A DNA stretch of 64,000 bases, from NCBI GenBank assembly GCA_030605835.1, contig JAUWHO010000048.1, positions 107,984 through 171,983 on the forward strand. Direction: 5' to 3'. The notes under the pieces are model-generated. The model made no database searches. It was not told the DNA's origin and saw only the letters and a list, made by a program, of their open reading frames with translations. The stretch comes from Candidatus Zixiibacteriota bacterium. Lineage in GTDB: Bacteria; Zixibacteria; MSB-5A5; DG-27. Position numbers and translations under genes: made by a program. The first letter of the stretch is position 1; the number at the start of each line of letters is the position of its first letter. Positions 19,368 through 29,440 of the stretch are shown here, piece after piece.

Positions 19368-21947
19368 TTAGAATCTCCCGGTCATCGAGAATCTCATCTC
19401 GTTACCACGGTTGTTCTCTTTGGAGCTGGGGAGGTAGGAGAAGTCGAAGGCGTAGTTCATGTACTGGAGTCCCACCCCCACGGTGGCGAACTGCAGGGCG
19501 CCGATCTGATCATACAGGTAACCGGCCCTCAAAGCCACGAAGTTGCCATACCAGTACTCCATTCCGCCGTGGACGATGACCTCCTCGATCTCGGTATCGA
19601 AGCGGTCGTTTAAGTCCACCAGGAGTTTGGTGAACTCCGCAATAAAGGTCAGGCGATTGAAGGGGCTGTCCACCAGACGGTAAGCCCCGGAGGCCACGAA
19701 ATTCCGAGGCAGGGGGTCTGACTGGTCGGCGTCAATGTAAGCGACGTTGGGGCCGATGTTGGTCACCACCGCCGCCAGCGCCAAACGTCTGAATGGGTTG
19801 TAGAGCAAACCGCCGTCGATGGCAAAGGAGGTCGCGATCCCCTCGCCTCTTTCCGCTCCCGCTCCGGCCTCGGCGAGATGGCTGTAAATGTACTTGGTGG
19901 TGAGCCCCATGGCGAGGTTCTCGGTTATGCTGGTGCCGTAAGACAGCCCCAGGGCGTATTCGAAGGACTCGAAAGTCCCGAGGTAGTTCCCGACCTCGTC
20001 GGTGCGTTGTTGGCTTCCGTAAGAGACGAAGGTGAGGCTGGCACCCAGGGTGCCGATGTTCTTGAAGTTCTGGACATAGGAGAGATACTCGTAATAGACA
20101 TCGCTTGCCAGCGCCGGAACCAGATTGGTGTGCATCAGGGTGAGCTCCCTTCTGGCGTGTGCCAGAACCACTACCCTCTTTTCGGTGGCAAACCAGATCT
20201 CCCCGTCCTTTTCGATGATCGATCTGGTGGGGGTGCGCTCTAAGTTCTGGTGATAGTAACGTCCCCACCTTTTGCCGTCGTGTTTGATGGTCCCGTACTC
20301 GGTCCCCACCAGAATCTCCCCGCCGACCCTCTCGAGGTCGTAAACTTGAGCTCCGGCGGTATTGGCATAAACGTAGAGCTGCTCTCCAGTCTGGAGAGGG
20401 TTGTCGTCGATTTTGTTATAGGAGGCGATCAGACCTGCCAACCTTAGGGCCCGCTCCGGCTTCTTAGTGCCGACGAATTTTTGGGCCACCTCCAGGAGAC
20501 TTTCTCCTCCCTCGGCGGTGTATAGTCTGTAACCGTGCCGTCTCCAACTGCTCTTGTGGAAACTCCAGACGCCTGAGTCGGTGCCGATCCAGAGATTCTC
20601 CTTCTTGTCCAAAGCCAGGGAGGTCACCTCCCCGGAGAAGGCGATACTGTATGGGATCTTTATCTGCATCCCGGGATAGAGGGAATCTGAATCGGCCAGT
20701 TCGTTATATTCGGAAATTAAGGCCGCAGCTGCCGCTATCTCGGCACCGTGCTTCGAACCCAAGAGACGGGAGGCGATCTTCTCGAAGTCGTCCCCCACCC
20801 GCACCGGATAGTTGAGGTGAGCCTTAATCTCCCTGCCGTCGAAATAGGCAATGCCGGCCTTGGTCCCGATCCACAGAGCCCTTTTCTTATGAAGTCTGAG
20901 CGCGGTGATGTAGTTATCCGGCAGCTCTTCTTCGGTGGTGTAGAAGGTCCACTTGCTTCCGTCAAATCGGGCCAGACCGGAATCGGTCCCCAGCCAGAGC
21001 GACTTTTTCTCCCCGGCGACGATGGCGGTAACATTGTTGGAGGGAAGACTGTCGCTCTCCACCGTAAAGGTCTTCCACCTTCTGCGGTCGTATCTGAAAA
21101 GCCCCTCGGGGGTGCCGAGGTAGAGGTAGTCTTTGAAATCGGAGGCCAGGCAATTGATCCGGGGGGGCAAGACCAGGTTGAAGGGGATTTTTACCTCCTC
21201 CGGCATCTGGGTGGTGACCGGCTTGTCGACTCCGAAGGCCAACTTGTCCAGCTCTAGGCTGCTGAGGGAATCGTCGGCGAGGTAATCCTCCACCGATCTT
21301 TTGAGAAGTTGAAGCTCATCGGCATCCAAGGTCAGCTCTCCCCAGGACCTCTTGAGGCTCTCCAGCCCCATCTTTATCTCTTCTAAATAGTAGTAGTTCT
21401 CCGGCACCTTCTCTAAAATCCTCTGTTCTAGAAGCTCCAGGTCCTCGAAGGGGATGGTGGTGTTCGCCTCCGCGATCTTTTTCGCCATATTCTGACGGGC
21501 CTCGCGGTCGTCGGTGCGGGTGAAGCGCTCGGCGATGTCCTCCAGCGATTCTCCGCTCCTGACCGCGTAGTCCTCCCCGAAAAGCCACCTCTCCCCGTTC
21601 CAGCGAGCCAGGCGCTCTCCGACCAAAGCCCAGATATCATATCTGAGGTAGTTATTCTCGGGGAGATTGTTCTTCAAGATAGCGATCTGGCGGATCTCTC
21701 CTTCAGCTTCCAGCTTGAACTCCAAGAAGGCTGGGGACAAAGGATAGCGGCCCAGACCGGCGGGGTTCCAGTGGGTGGCAGTGGCGTCGTCGGAGATGGC
21801 GGCGAAGCACTCCCCCATGCCTCCAGCCCTGGCCCCGGGAGCGATCATAAGGAAAATCACCCCGGTCTGGCTCACCTGACATAGCCCCCCCGGCGATAAG
21901 CCGACTAAAAAGAGCAGAGCCAACGTCGATATGATTGTTGCTTTCAT
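19368..21947 (-). CDS. PorV-family barrel interrupted by a beta-propeller with three LysM-like domains
   Basis: PorV N-terminus FLMIAPGARAGGMG...HWNPAGL; Reg_prop-type blades (LPSNNVTAI..LWLGT..GLARFDG); LysM-like YAVRSGESL, YPVRVGDDF..LYPGMQIKIP, YTAEGGESL..LQTGEQL; barrel resumes at ELTLMH and ends MRFSMTGRF. Confidence 0.8.
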   Translation of the reverse strand: MKATIISTLALLFLVGLSPGGLCQVSQTGVIFLMIAPGARAGGMGECFAAISDDATATHWNPAGLGRYPLSPAFLEFKLEAEGEIRQIAILKNNLPENNYLRYDIWALVGERLARWNGERWLFGEDYAVRSGESLEDIAERFTRTDDREARQNMAKKIAEANTTIPFEDLELLEQRILEKVPENYYYLEEIKMGLESLKRSWGELTLDADELQLLKRSVEDYLADDSLSSLELDKLAFGVDKPVTTQMPEEVKIPFNLVLPPRINCLASDFKDYLYLGTPEGLFRYDRRRWKTFTVESDSLPSNNVTAIVAGEKKSLWLGTDSGLARFDGSKWTFYTTEEELPDNYITALRLHKKRALWIGTKAGIAYFDGREIKAHLNYPVRVGDDFEKIASRLLGSKHGAEIAAAAALISEYNELADSDSLYPGMQIKIPYSIAFSGEVTSLALDKKENLWIGTDSGVWSFHKSSWRRHGYRLYTAEGGESLLEVAQKFVGTKKPERALRLAGLIASYNKIDDNPLQTGEQLYVYANTAGAQVYDLERVGGEILVGTEYGTIKHDGKRWGRYYHQNLERTPTRSIIEKDGEIWFATEKRVVVLAHARRELTLMHTNLVPALASDVYYEYLSYVQNFKNIGTLGASLTFVSYGSQQRTDEVGNYLGTFESFEYALGLSYGTSITENLAMGLTTKYIYSHLAEAGAGAERGEGIATSFAIDGGLLYNPFRRLALAAVVTNIGPNVAYIDADQSDPLPRNFVASGAYRLVDSPFNRLTFIAEFTKLLVDLNDRFDTEIEEVIVHGGMEYWYGNFVALRAGYLYDQIGALQFATVGVGLQYMNYAFDFSYLPSSKENNRGNEMRFSMTGRF

Positions 21948-22160
21948 CTTAGACCTCCAAATTGGAAAAGAACCTCTTTTACCAAAACCCTGTTTCTCTG
22001 AACTTAAACGCCCTTTTCAGCGAAGGTGGGCTACGTCCCCGACCTTAGCTGTCTTCCAACATCCCGTTCACGCTGTAACTCTTATATTCACCTCTGATCA
22101 AACTGTTTCAAGATCCGTTTTTATCGAAATTATCGGTCAAGTTTCCAGGGATTCAAGAGA

Positions 22161-25100
22161 TCACTTCATCTTGACTGCCTTTTGGAATTGTTCGACAACC
22201 TTCTTTCCGGAACCACCGCCACTCGATTGATTAACCTCGACGGTAATTTTGTATATGTAAACCCCGTTGGCGATTTGGTCTCCCTCCTGATCGCTGCCGT
22301 TCCACTCTCGGAAATTGTAGCCGAAGCTGGTGGGTAGATTCTGAAAACTCTTTATTCTCCGACCCGCGAGGGTGAAGATCTCTAAGCTCACCCGGTCGAC
22401 CTCGTAGCTGTTCAACCGGTACTGAAAGACGGTGGAGGTCTTGAAGGGGTTGGGGTAGTTCATGACCTCCTCCAGACGGAACTCCTCCGCGGAGATGACG
22501 CTCAAAAGGGCAGTTGCGACCGAGGAGTTATTAAAATTGTCCCAGGCTTTGAGGCTGACCTCATACTCTCCCGGAAAAACCTCCGGCAGCTGATATTCCA
22601 CCCTCCCCCTGCGGAAGCTTCCCACCTCGTATTGGAACTGGTCGGTCAAATCCAACTCAAAAGAGACTTCCCCCTCCAGAGTCAAGGCCAGATGGTGTCC
22701 CAGCTGGCCGGTGATATTCACCCCGCTGGTGTCGTAGATCACCGCCTGCAGGGTGAACTGAGGCGGCACCACCTGTCGTCCACCGCTTCCCTCCTCTCCC
22801 TGAAAGTAAAGACTTATCCCCGGCCCGGTGGAATCGACCACCTCAGGGGTGGTGGCTCCCAGGAATAACCCCTCCCGGTAACCGTGACCATCTATGGAGC
22901 CGTCCTCGACATAGGCGATAATCTTGGCGGTGGAGTCCCCGTAGGTTATGTCTTTGGGGACGATGAATTTGGCTACGAACTCACCGCTCATAACCTCCAC
23001 CGGGCCCCGAAAGATGTTGGAGCCGGGGAGGTAGTAATAATAGTTGTTGGCGGCGCCGTAAGCGCGGGGCTTCTTGGCGTCGTAAACCGTTATCCAGGCG
23101 GTGCCGTTGAAGTCTGAGACCAACTGGTCGTCGAGATCGTGGACTTCCCCCTCGACCGAGATTACGCTCAAAGCCTCCAGGGTGTCCGGTGATACCGAGG
23201 TGATATGAACCTTCAAGTGTGGTTGCAACAGCCTCAGGGCGGGGTCACCGAAGAGGACGTATTTGCGGTCGTTGGAGGAGGGGGCCCGCAGCAGTTTGGC
23301 AGTGCAGAGGGCGGCGGTTATCGAGAGGGTGTCGGCGCCGAAGAGTTGGTCGAATACCTCGTAGTTAAGATAGGCGTTGCCCGGAGCCGACACCAGCCGG
23401 GTGGCGGCGATAGTGGCGATGGCGCCGTTTTCTGGCATCCTGACAAAGTCCTCGGCCATCCCCTCTCCCCCGGGCTCATCCCACTTGGCGATGCTGCAGG
23501 AGGCCCCGTAAACCAACGGGAGATGTCCCCGGGTCTCCAGAATCGGGAGATCCTGGGTTCTCCGGAGAACGTGCTCGTGTGCCCAGACCTCCTGGCTGCC
23601 GTGGCCGATGTAGTCGATGAGCAAGGTACCGGAGTTGAAGCTGTTTATGACCGCCTCCCGAGCTTGTGGTTTCTCCCCGCCCTCGCCGAAGGGATATTCC
23701 ATAAGGTAGATCTTGGAGACGTAGAAGCCTTTGGGGGTGTATATTTCTGCCAGGTCCTCGGCCTGGGAGGTGTGAAACCACTCTGAGGAGCTTCTGGCGC
23801 TGTGCTGGTCATCGGCGACAACCGTGATGGTATTGCGCCAGTCCCCCGGAGGGGAGTTGGTCTCGTAATCGATGATCTTGTCGATGACATGCCCCAGCGC
23901 CTGCGAGCTCTGTACCGGAATGCGGGAGATGAACATGTCCACGGTGCCGTTGGAGTCTGCATCCGGCTTACCGTAATCTCCGAAATAGATGTAGTTCTCA
24001 TCGGCGGCGCTGTTGTCGGCTATGAACGGGGGGAGGTAGTTTCTGGCATTTGTCCCCTCGCTGTTCCGATAATCGTAAGTGCCATCCCCCACGAGACAGG
24101 CGTAAGCCGGAGATGGCTTGCTCCAGTTCTGAAAAGTGTATTTCAGGAAGTGACGGATCGCCAGGGGGTCGAAGACTCCCCAGGAGAACTGATTGTACAC
24201 CTCGGAGATCTTGACGAGTCTCACCGCCAAGCTCGAGAACTGCTGCCTGTGATTGGCCAACCTTTGAGCTTCCTGGTAGAAATCGTCGTAAACGATCAAG
24301 AGCATATCGTAACGATTGGTGGTGGCGCGCAGGTTATCCGGGAGGTAGGAGGTGATGGAGATCGGCTTTTTGTGGGCGGCGGCCTCCCCCAGGAAATAGA
24401 GCTTAGGTCTTTCAGAGTCACCCCGGTCTTGAAAGATGAGGCCGGAACCGTCGATCTCCACACCGGAGATGACCGAGCAGTTCAAGGGGTCGGTCACTTC
24501 TAAGAGGACGAAATCACTGCCCGAATATCCTCCGATACGATACTCGAAGTTCTCGGAGCCGATCGGAGCCTGGAAGAGAAACTGGTTCTCGTAAAGCGAG
24601 AGCAGACGGGAGTATTCAACCTCGTAGTAATTTAGATAAACCTCCTTGGAGAATGAAAAATCGAACTGGTTCATTCCCTCCAGGAGGTCGTTGGTCTCCG
24701 CGGTGGTTTTGTTGTAGCTCTGCGAGATGACCGAAGCCCAACTGCCATTCACTCTGATGTCGCAGCTTCCACTTTTGGTCACCACCTTCACCAATCCCGT
24801 TTCGCTGGTGAGAACTCCATTCAAGGTGGAATACTGGCTGAAATCCTCCCCCTTCAACCAATACCAGTTGAAATAATCTCCCCCGCCGCCGAGAGTCTTA
24901 TCGTTCTCAACGTGCAGCCGGGAGATGGTTTTGGTCCTCACCACCGGATTAGGATCTGTGGGTGCCCCCGAGATTGTAGCCATCCTCTTTGGGGGAGAAG
25001 CGAACTGGGTCGTCCCGAAGGTCAACCAGTAAGAGTTGGTGTCGCTGTAATGATGGCGGTAATATGTGAACTCTTGGCCCTGCTGGTCGTATTCCCATCC

Positions 25101-26168
25101 CTCGGTGCCGATCCCATAAAAGAGGAGATAATCGCCGGAGTCGAATGAGCCGTCCTCTTCACCGACAACGTGTATCGGTATCTCCTTGAGTTCGGGAGCC
25201 GCAATTGAATTGTCAGTCGGCAGCTCTCTCCCGCCTGCGGTGAAAACTCTGAAGCTCCTGGGATCAAGGCTGTTAGTGTTAACCCCCGCTTGCGACAGGG
25301 TGAGGTTGTCAATTTTATATGTTGCTTGGTCCTTCAACTTCATCCGATACCACACCCCGGCGGAGTCGAAGGCGCTGCCGAGACTCATTTGAGCTTTCTG
25401 CAGCTCTCCGCCAAGCCTTTTCCAGTTCCTGGCCTCCGGATAGTTTATGATCGTCTGCCTGTAAAGGTGCCGAAATAGATCCCTTTCCGGGGGCAGCGTA
25501 AAACCTCCCTTTGGAGCTTTACCGACGAAGGAGACGAAGACGGTGATTTCTCGATAGAATCTTACCTTCCCGCTGATCGGATTGTACCTCACCGGCGAAA
25601 GCACCAGTTCCAAGACTCTGAAATCGCGGATATGTTCCCTCGGACCCTTGCGAGCGATTCTCTTCGGTAGAAATTCGTCCTTTGAGTATCGGGGCGACAA
25701 CTTCAGAGGTGCCGCAGGCGGTATCTCCTCCACGAACAGTTTTTGCGGGAAGGGAGCAATGTTAAAGGGGCCGTATTCCGAGAAGGTGCCGGTTTTCACT
25801 TCGAATCGGGCCGTCTTTCCCGGAGGGACGGCAATGAAGATGTTTTTTCTGGGCAATCGGGGAGCGCCCAGATCTCTGCCGAGATAGCTGTTCTCTATCC
25901 CCAGAAGGTCGAACTCTAGTCCTCCATCGCTCGTTTTTCGATGCTTGAGCTCTCCCGGTTTGTAGAGGAGGGTGAGGCCCTCTTCGTCGGAGCTGAGTAT
26001 GTGGACATCCCCGTCAAACAGCCGGACGGTGGCGTGAAGGCCGGGGCAGGAGATAACCGCCAGAAAAAGAAACGAGGCTATTGCCGCTCCCGCCGAAGTC
26101 CTGCTGTCCAAAAACAACTGGATTGGCCTTCGGCTGTTGGGGAGATGTCGCAGATTGCTAAAGGGCAT
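22161..26168 (-). CDS. porU: T9SS sortase PorU (gingipain C25 family) with propeptide and FlgD-type CTD
   Basis: YLLFYG, YACLVGDGTYDY, ISRIPV, catalytic DYIGHG and ASCS, YVLFGDPAL, KAWDNFNNS, C-terminal NYPNPF..WNG.DQEG..ANGVYIY; directly upstream of porV. Confidence 0.85.
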   Translation of the reverse strand: MPFSNLRHLPNSRRPIQLFLDSRTSAGAAIASFLFLAVISCPGLHATVRLFDGDVHILSSDEEGLTLLYKPGELKHRKTSDGGLEFDLLGIENSYLGRDLGAPRLPRKNIFIAVPPGKTARFEVKTGTFSEYGPFNIAPFPQKLFVEEIPPAAPLKLSPRYSKDEFLPKRIARKGPREHIRDFRVLELVLSPVRYNPISGKVRFYREITVFVSFVGKAPKGGFTLPPERDLFRHLYRQTIINYPEARNWKRLGGELQKAQMSLGSAFDSAGVWYRMKLKDQATYKIDNLTLSQAGVNTNSLDPRSFRVFTAGGRELPTDNSIAAPELKEIPIHVVGEEDGSFDSGDYLLFYGIGTEGWEYDQQGQEFTYYRHHYSDTNSYWLTFGTTQFASPPKRMATISGAPTDPNPVVRTKTISRLHVENDKTLGGGGDYFNWYWLKGEDFSQYSTLNGVLTSETGLVKVVTKSGSCDIRVNGSWASVISQSYNKTTAETNDLLEGMNQFDFSFSKEVYLNYYEVEYSRLLSLYENQFLFQAPIGSENFEYRIGGYSGSDFVLLEVTDPLNCSVISGVEIDGSGLIFQDRGDSERPKLYFLGEAAAHKKPISITSYLPDNLRATTNRYDMLLIVYDDFYQEAQRLANHRQQFSSLAVRLVKISEVYNQFSWGVFDPLAIRHFLKYTFQNWSKPSPAYACLVGDGTYDYRNSEGTNARNYLPPFIADNSAADENYIYFGDYGKPDADSNGTVDMFISRIPVQSSQALGHVIDKIIDYETNSPPGDWRNTITVVADDQHSARSSSEWFHTSQAEDLAEIYTPKGFYVSKIYLMEYPFGEGGEKPQAREAVINSFNSGTLLIDYIGHGSQEVWAHEHVLRRTQDLPILETRGHLPLVYGASCSIAKWDEPGGEGMAEDFVRMPENGAIATIAATRLVSAPGNAYLNYEVFDQLFGADTLSITAALCTAKLLRAPSSNDRKYVLFGDPALRLLQPHLKVHITSVSPDTLEALSVISVEGEVHDLDDQLVSDFNGTAWITVYDAKKPRAYGAANNYYYYLPGSNIFRGPVEVMSGEFVAKFIVPKDITYGDSTAKIIAYVEDGSIDGHGYREGLFLGATTPEVVDSTGPGISLYFQGEEGSGGRQVVPPQFTLQAVIYDTSGVNITGQLGHHLALTLEGEVSFELDLTDQFQYEVGSFRRGRVEYQLPEVFPGEYEVSLKAWDNFNNSSVATALLSVISAEEFRLEEVMNYPNPFKTSTVFQYRLNSYEVDRVSLEIFTLAGRRIKSFQNLPTSFGYNFREWNGSDQEGDQIANGVYIYKITVEVNQSSGGGSGKKVVEQFQKAVKMK

Positions 26169-26335
26169 CGCCAGAACCAAAACCTACTTTATCGAATCCT
26201 GTTCCCGCCTGATGAGGTCCTCTGACCTCGGCGGCTTCAAAACCCTTTAGCTTTCGGCGATAAGCAACACCTCGAGAAAATTGTCTCCAGGCCTTTCTTC
26301 GTCTACTTTTCAACCCAGAGCAGAATTCAGGGAAC

Positions 26336-26363
26336 AATTTAGGGGCAAAGCCGAATTTGTCAA
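26336..26363 (-). promoter_or_regulatory. Putative promoter of the porU operon
   Basis: Minus strand TTGACA, 16 nt, TAAATT. Confidence 0.4.
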
Positions 26364-26704
26364 GGATTTTTTCTGCGCATCTCCACATTTTAACGTTCCT
26401 GTTCAATGTAAGTTCCGCCTCAGATGACTTTGGAGGGTGAGTAGAAAAGTTGATCAGTCAGAAGTGAGGTCGAAGAGGCCGAGGTTTGCCTGAATCTCCA
26501 CCTCGTGGTGGTCGATGTGGCAGAAGGATTTATTTGTTGAGGTTCGTACGGATTCTCGAGAACACCCTCAGTAACTCCGTTGTCGCGGAGTCCGGCGCTA
26601 TTCTGCAACCCAATTCGTGAACTCGGAAAAAAGTATTGCGAATGCTCAAAGAAGATGTTTAATTAGGTTTCATCCGAGGTGGACCAACTTCATCTGTTGC
26701 TGTA

Positions 26705-27559
26705 ATGTTAAAGGTCAAATTCTCGAAGATAGAGTCTGTAGGTAACGATTACCTTTACATCGATGATCTCCGTCAAGACTTAAAGGGGAAAGAGCTGCCG
26801 AGATTGGCGATGGAGATGTGCGACCGCCAGCGGGGCGTCGGCGCCGACGGTCTTATTCTCTTCAAGATTGTGGGCCGGGGCAACTATTCTGTCAGGATTT
26901 TCAACCCCGACGGAAGCGAGACCGGAATGTGCGGGAACGGCATCCGGGGAGCAGTCGCCTTCGCTTACAATGTCGGTTACACCAAAAGGAAATCGGTCCG
27001 GGTGGACACCAAAAACGTTACCACCCTATCCGAGATTCTGGAGGTGGGGGGGGATGGCAAGCCTTACACCATCAGGACTGATTTGGGATCGCCAGACCTT
27101 AAGAAGAAGTCGCTTCCGATGACGGGCGAGGGGGAGACCCACATCGGCAAAGCGGTGACGATTGGTGGGAGAGAAGTGGAGCTCTCGGCCCTCTCCATCG
27201 GTAACCCTCATGCGGTCCTCTTCGTGGATGATTTTGACTTCGACTGGCGGAAGTTAGGGCACGAGATTCAAGATAGTGGCCATTTTCCCGAAGGGGTCAA
27301 CGTCAGTTTCGCTCTGGTCAAAAACAGAGGCCGATTGGCCCTGAAGGTCTTGGAGCGAGGCGCCGGGGCCACCCTGGCCTGCGCCAGCGGGGCGGCGGCG
27401 GCGGTGACCAGTGGGGCGATGCAGGAGAAGACCTCGCGCCGGGTTGTGGTTGAGCTTCCCGGGGGGGAGCTTGCGGTCGACTGGGAGAACTCCGACGGCC
27501 ATATTCAGATAACAGGTCAATCGCGGCCGGTTTGCCGCGGTGAGTTCTTCTCCACCTGA
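26705..27559 (+). CDS. dapF: Diaminopimelate epimerase
   Basis: GNDY, GVGADG, NPDGSE..MCGNG, GNPHAV, GVNV, ERGAGATLACASG with both catalytic Cys. Confidence 0.9.
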   Translation: MLKVKFSKIESVGNDYLYIDDLRQDLKGKELPRLAMEMCDRQRGVGADGLILFKIVGRGNYSVRIFNPDGSETGMCGNGIRGAVAFAYNVGYTKRKSVRVDTKNVTTLSEILEVGGDGKPYTIRTDLGSPDLKKKSLPMTGEGETHIGKAVTIGGREVELSALSIGNPHAVLFVDDFDFDWRKLGHEIQDSGHFPEGVNVSFALVKNRGRLALKVLERGAGATLACASGAAAAVTSGAMQEKTSRRVVVELPGGELAVDWENSDGHIQITGQSRPVCRGEFFST

Positions 27560-27598
27560 GGCAAACAGAACCGTGATCAGTTGTGGATTGAACCGCGG

Positions 27599-29296
27599 AT
27601 GAGTTCCTTCAAAAAGGAAGTGGTTTCTCTTCTTTCCGAGACCACCGAAGTCCCACCGGAGGAGATCGCCTCCAGACTGGAGTATCCTCCCGACGGGAGC
27701 TTCGGGGATTTGGCCTTCCCCTGCCATCTGCTCAGTAAGAGGTTGAAAAAACCCCCTCAGGCGATCGCCTCCGAACTGGCGGAGAGATTGTCACCTCGAG
27801 CCTCAATTGACAGGATAGCTGCTACCGGACCCTATCTCAATTTCTTCGCAGACCCGGCCATATTAGCAACTGAGGTCGTCAGCTCGATAATCTCTCAAAG
27901 AGAGGATTTCGGGTTCTCCGATGAAGGCCGGGGGAAAACCATCGTGATCGATTTCTCCTCCCCTAATATCGCCAAACCTTTCGGGGTCGGACATCTGCGC
28001 ACCACGGTTTTAGGGAACGGCCTCTATCACATCTTCTCCAAGCTCGGCTATAAGCTGGTTCGGGTCAACCATCTGGGGGATTGGGGGACGCAGTTCGGGA
28101 AGCTCATCACCGCCTTCAAGCTCTGGGGAGATGAGGCTCGTTTGGAGAAAGATCCCATCGGGGAGCTTTTCGATCTCTACGTTGAGTTTCACCGCCGGGC
28201 CGAGACCGACTCCAGCCTGGAGGAAAAAGCTCGCGAGGAGTTCAGGAAATTGGAGAAGGGGGAGACCGAGACCTCCGAGTTCTGGAGAAGGTTCAAAGAC
28301 TTGAGCCTGCAGGATTTCGACCGCATCTACCGCCTCCTGGGGATCGAATTCGATTCCTACGCCGGCGAGAGCTTCTACAACCCTTACATAGAGAAGACTA
28401 TTGAGGCTTTGAAGTCTGCGGGCCTGACCAGGGTGAGCGAGGATGCCCTGATCGTCGATCTGGAGAAATACGGAATGCCACCCTGCCTCTTGAAGAAAAG
28501 GGATGAGGCCACTCTTTACGCCACCAGAGACATCGCCGCCGCCATCTACCGCTACGAGACCTATAAATTTCACAAAAACCTCTACGTCGTGGGCTCAGCC
28601 CAGAGGCTTCATTTCCAGCAGGTGTTCAAGGTGTTGGAACTTATGGGCTATCCCTGGAGTAAAGATTGTCACCACATAGAGTTGGGGTGGATAAAGTTCG
28701 AGAAAGGGGCGATGTCCACCAGAAAGGGGAACATCGTCTTCTTGGAGGATGTTCTCAGTAAAAGCGTGGAGTTGGTGAAAAGCATTATCGAGGAGAAAAA
28801 TCCAACGCTTGAGGATCAGGACCGGGTTGCCAGGCAGGTTGGAGTCGGAGCGGTCGTCTTCTGGGATCTGTCTGCTCGCCGCAATAAGGACATAAATTTC
28901 TCCTGGGAGGAGGCCTTGAACTTCGAGGGTCAGACCGGCCCCTATCTGCAATATACCCACGCCCGTCTGGCCTCGGTTATGAGGCGTTATGGCGAACCTC
29001 TACCTCCCCATCCGGATCTATCCTTGTTGTCGGGAGCCCAGGAGCAGAAGGTGATAAAGCTCCTCTCCCGTTTTCCCGAACATCTCCAGAGGGCAGCTTT
29101 CGATTACGAACCGTATCATCTGGTCTCCTATCTTCTGGAGTTAGCCTCTGCTTTCAACAGTTTTTACCAGTCGCAGAGGATCCTGTGCGAGGACTTAAAT
29201 CTGCGGTCGGCGCGGGTATCTTTGGCCGAAGCCACCAGGACAGTCCTGAAAGAGGGACTGAGATTGCTGGGGATGGAATCTCCGGAGAGCATGTGA
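27599..29296 (+). CDS. argS: Arginine--tRNA ligase
   Basis: FGDLA, TGPYLNF, DFSSPNIAKPFGVGHLR, NHLGDWGTQFG, MSTRKG, GPYLQYTHAR, ends PESM. Confidence 0.95.
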   Translation: MSSFKKEVVSLLSETTEVPPEEIASRLEYPPDGSFGDLAFPCHLLSKRLKKPPQAIASELAERLSPRASIDRIAATGPYLNFFADPAILATEVVSSIISQREDFGFSDEGRGKTIVIDFSSPNIAKPFGVGHLRTTVLGNGLYHIFSKLGYKLVRVNHLGDWGTQFGKLITAFKLWGDEARLEKDPIGELFDLYVEFHRRAETDSSLEEKAREEFRKLEKGETETSEFWRRFKDLSLQDFDRIYRLLGIEFDSYAGESFYNPYIEKTIEALKSAGLTRVSEDALIVDLEKYGMPPCLLKKRDEATLYATRDIAAAIYRYETYKFHKNLYVVGSAQRLHFQQVFKVLELMGYPWSKDCHHIELGWIKFEKGAMSTRKGNIVFLEDVLSKSVELVKSIIEEKNPTLEDQDRVARQVGVGAVVFWDLSARRNKDINFSWEEALNFEGQTGPYLQYTHARLASVMRRYGEPLPPHPDLSLLSGAQEQKVIKLLSRFPEHLQRAAFDYEPYHLVSYLLELASAFNSFYQSQRILCEDLNLRSARVSLAEATRTVLKEGLRLLGMESPESM

Positions 29297-29440
29297 ATCT
29301 GAGTATCCTAAGATGATAGTCTCATTTTTCCGACAGATTCTTGTAGACCTTCGCATCGGAAATGGATATATTCTCGGAGGTGAACTTCTCGTAACATCGT
29401 GAGTCATTAATTCGTAGTCTTTTTTGGAACCACAAAAAGC

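Noticed and set aside
26168-26700. Riboswitch or ncRNA in the porU/dapF divergent region (a GAGGTC-AGAG-GACCTC hairpin nested in CCGCC/GGCGG is present)
   Set aside because: I could not match lysine, c-di-GMP, T-box, SRP, 6S or tmRNA consensus features by eye; an Infernal/Rfam scan would be needed.
26705-27559. DapF motif variants (ESVGNDY, ACASG)
   Set aside because: Both catalytic cysteines and the Asn/His/Glu-Arg substrate residues are retained; ordinary divergence.
27960-28000. ArgS HIGH motif reading FGVGH
   Set aside because: The first HIGH position is known to vary in ArgRS and the rest of the enzyme is canonical.
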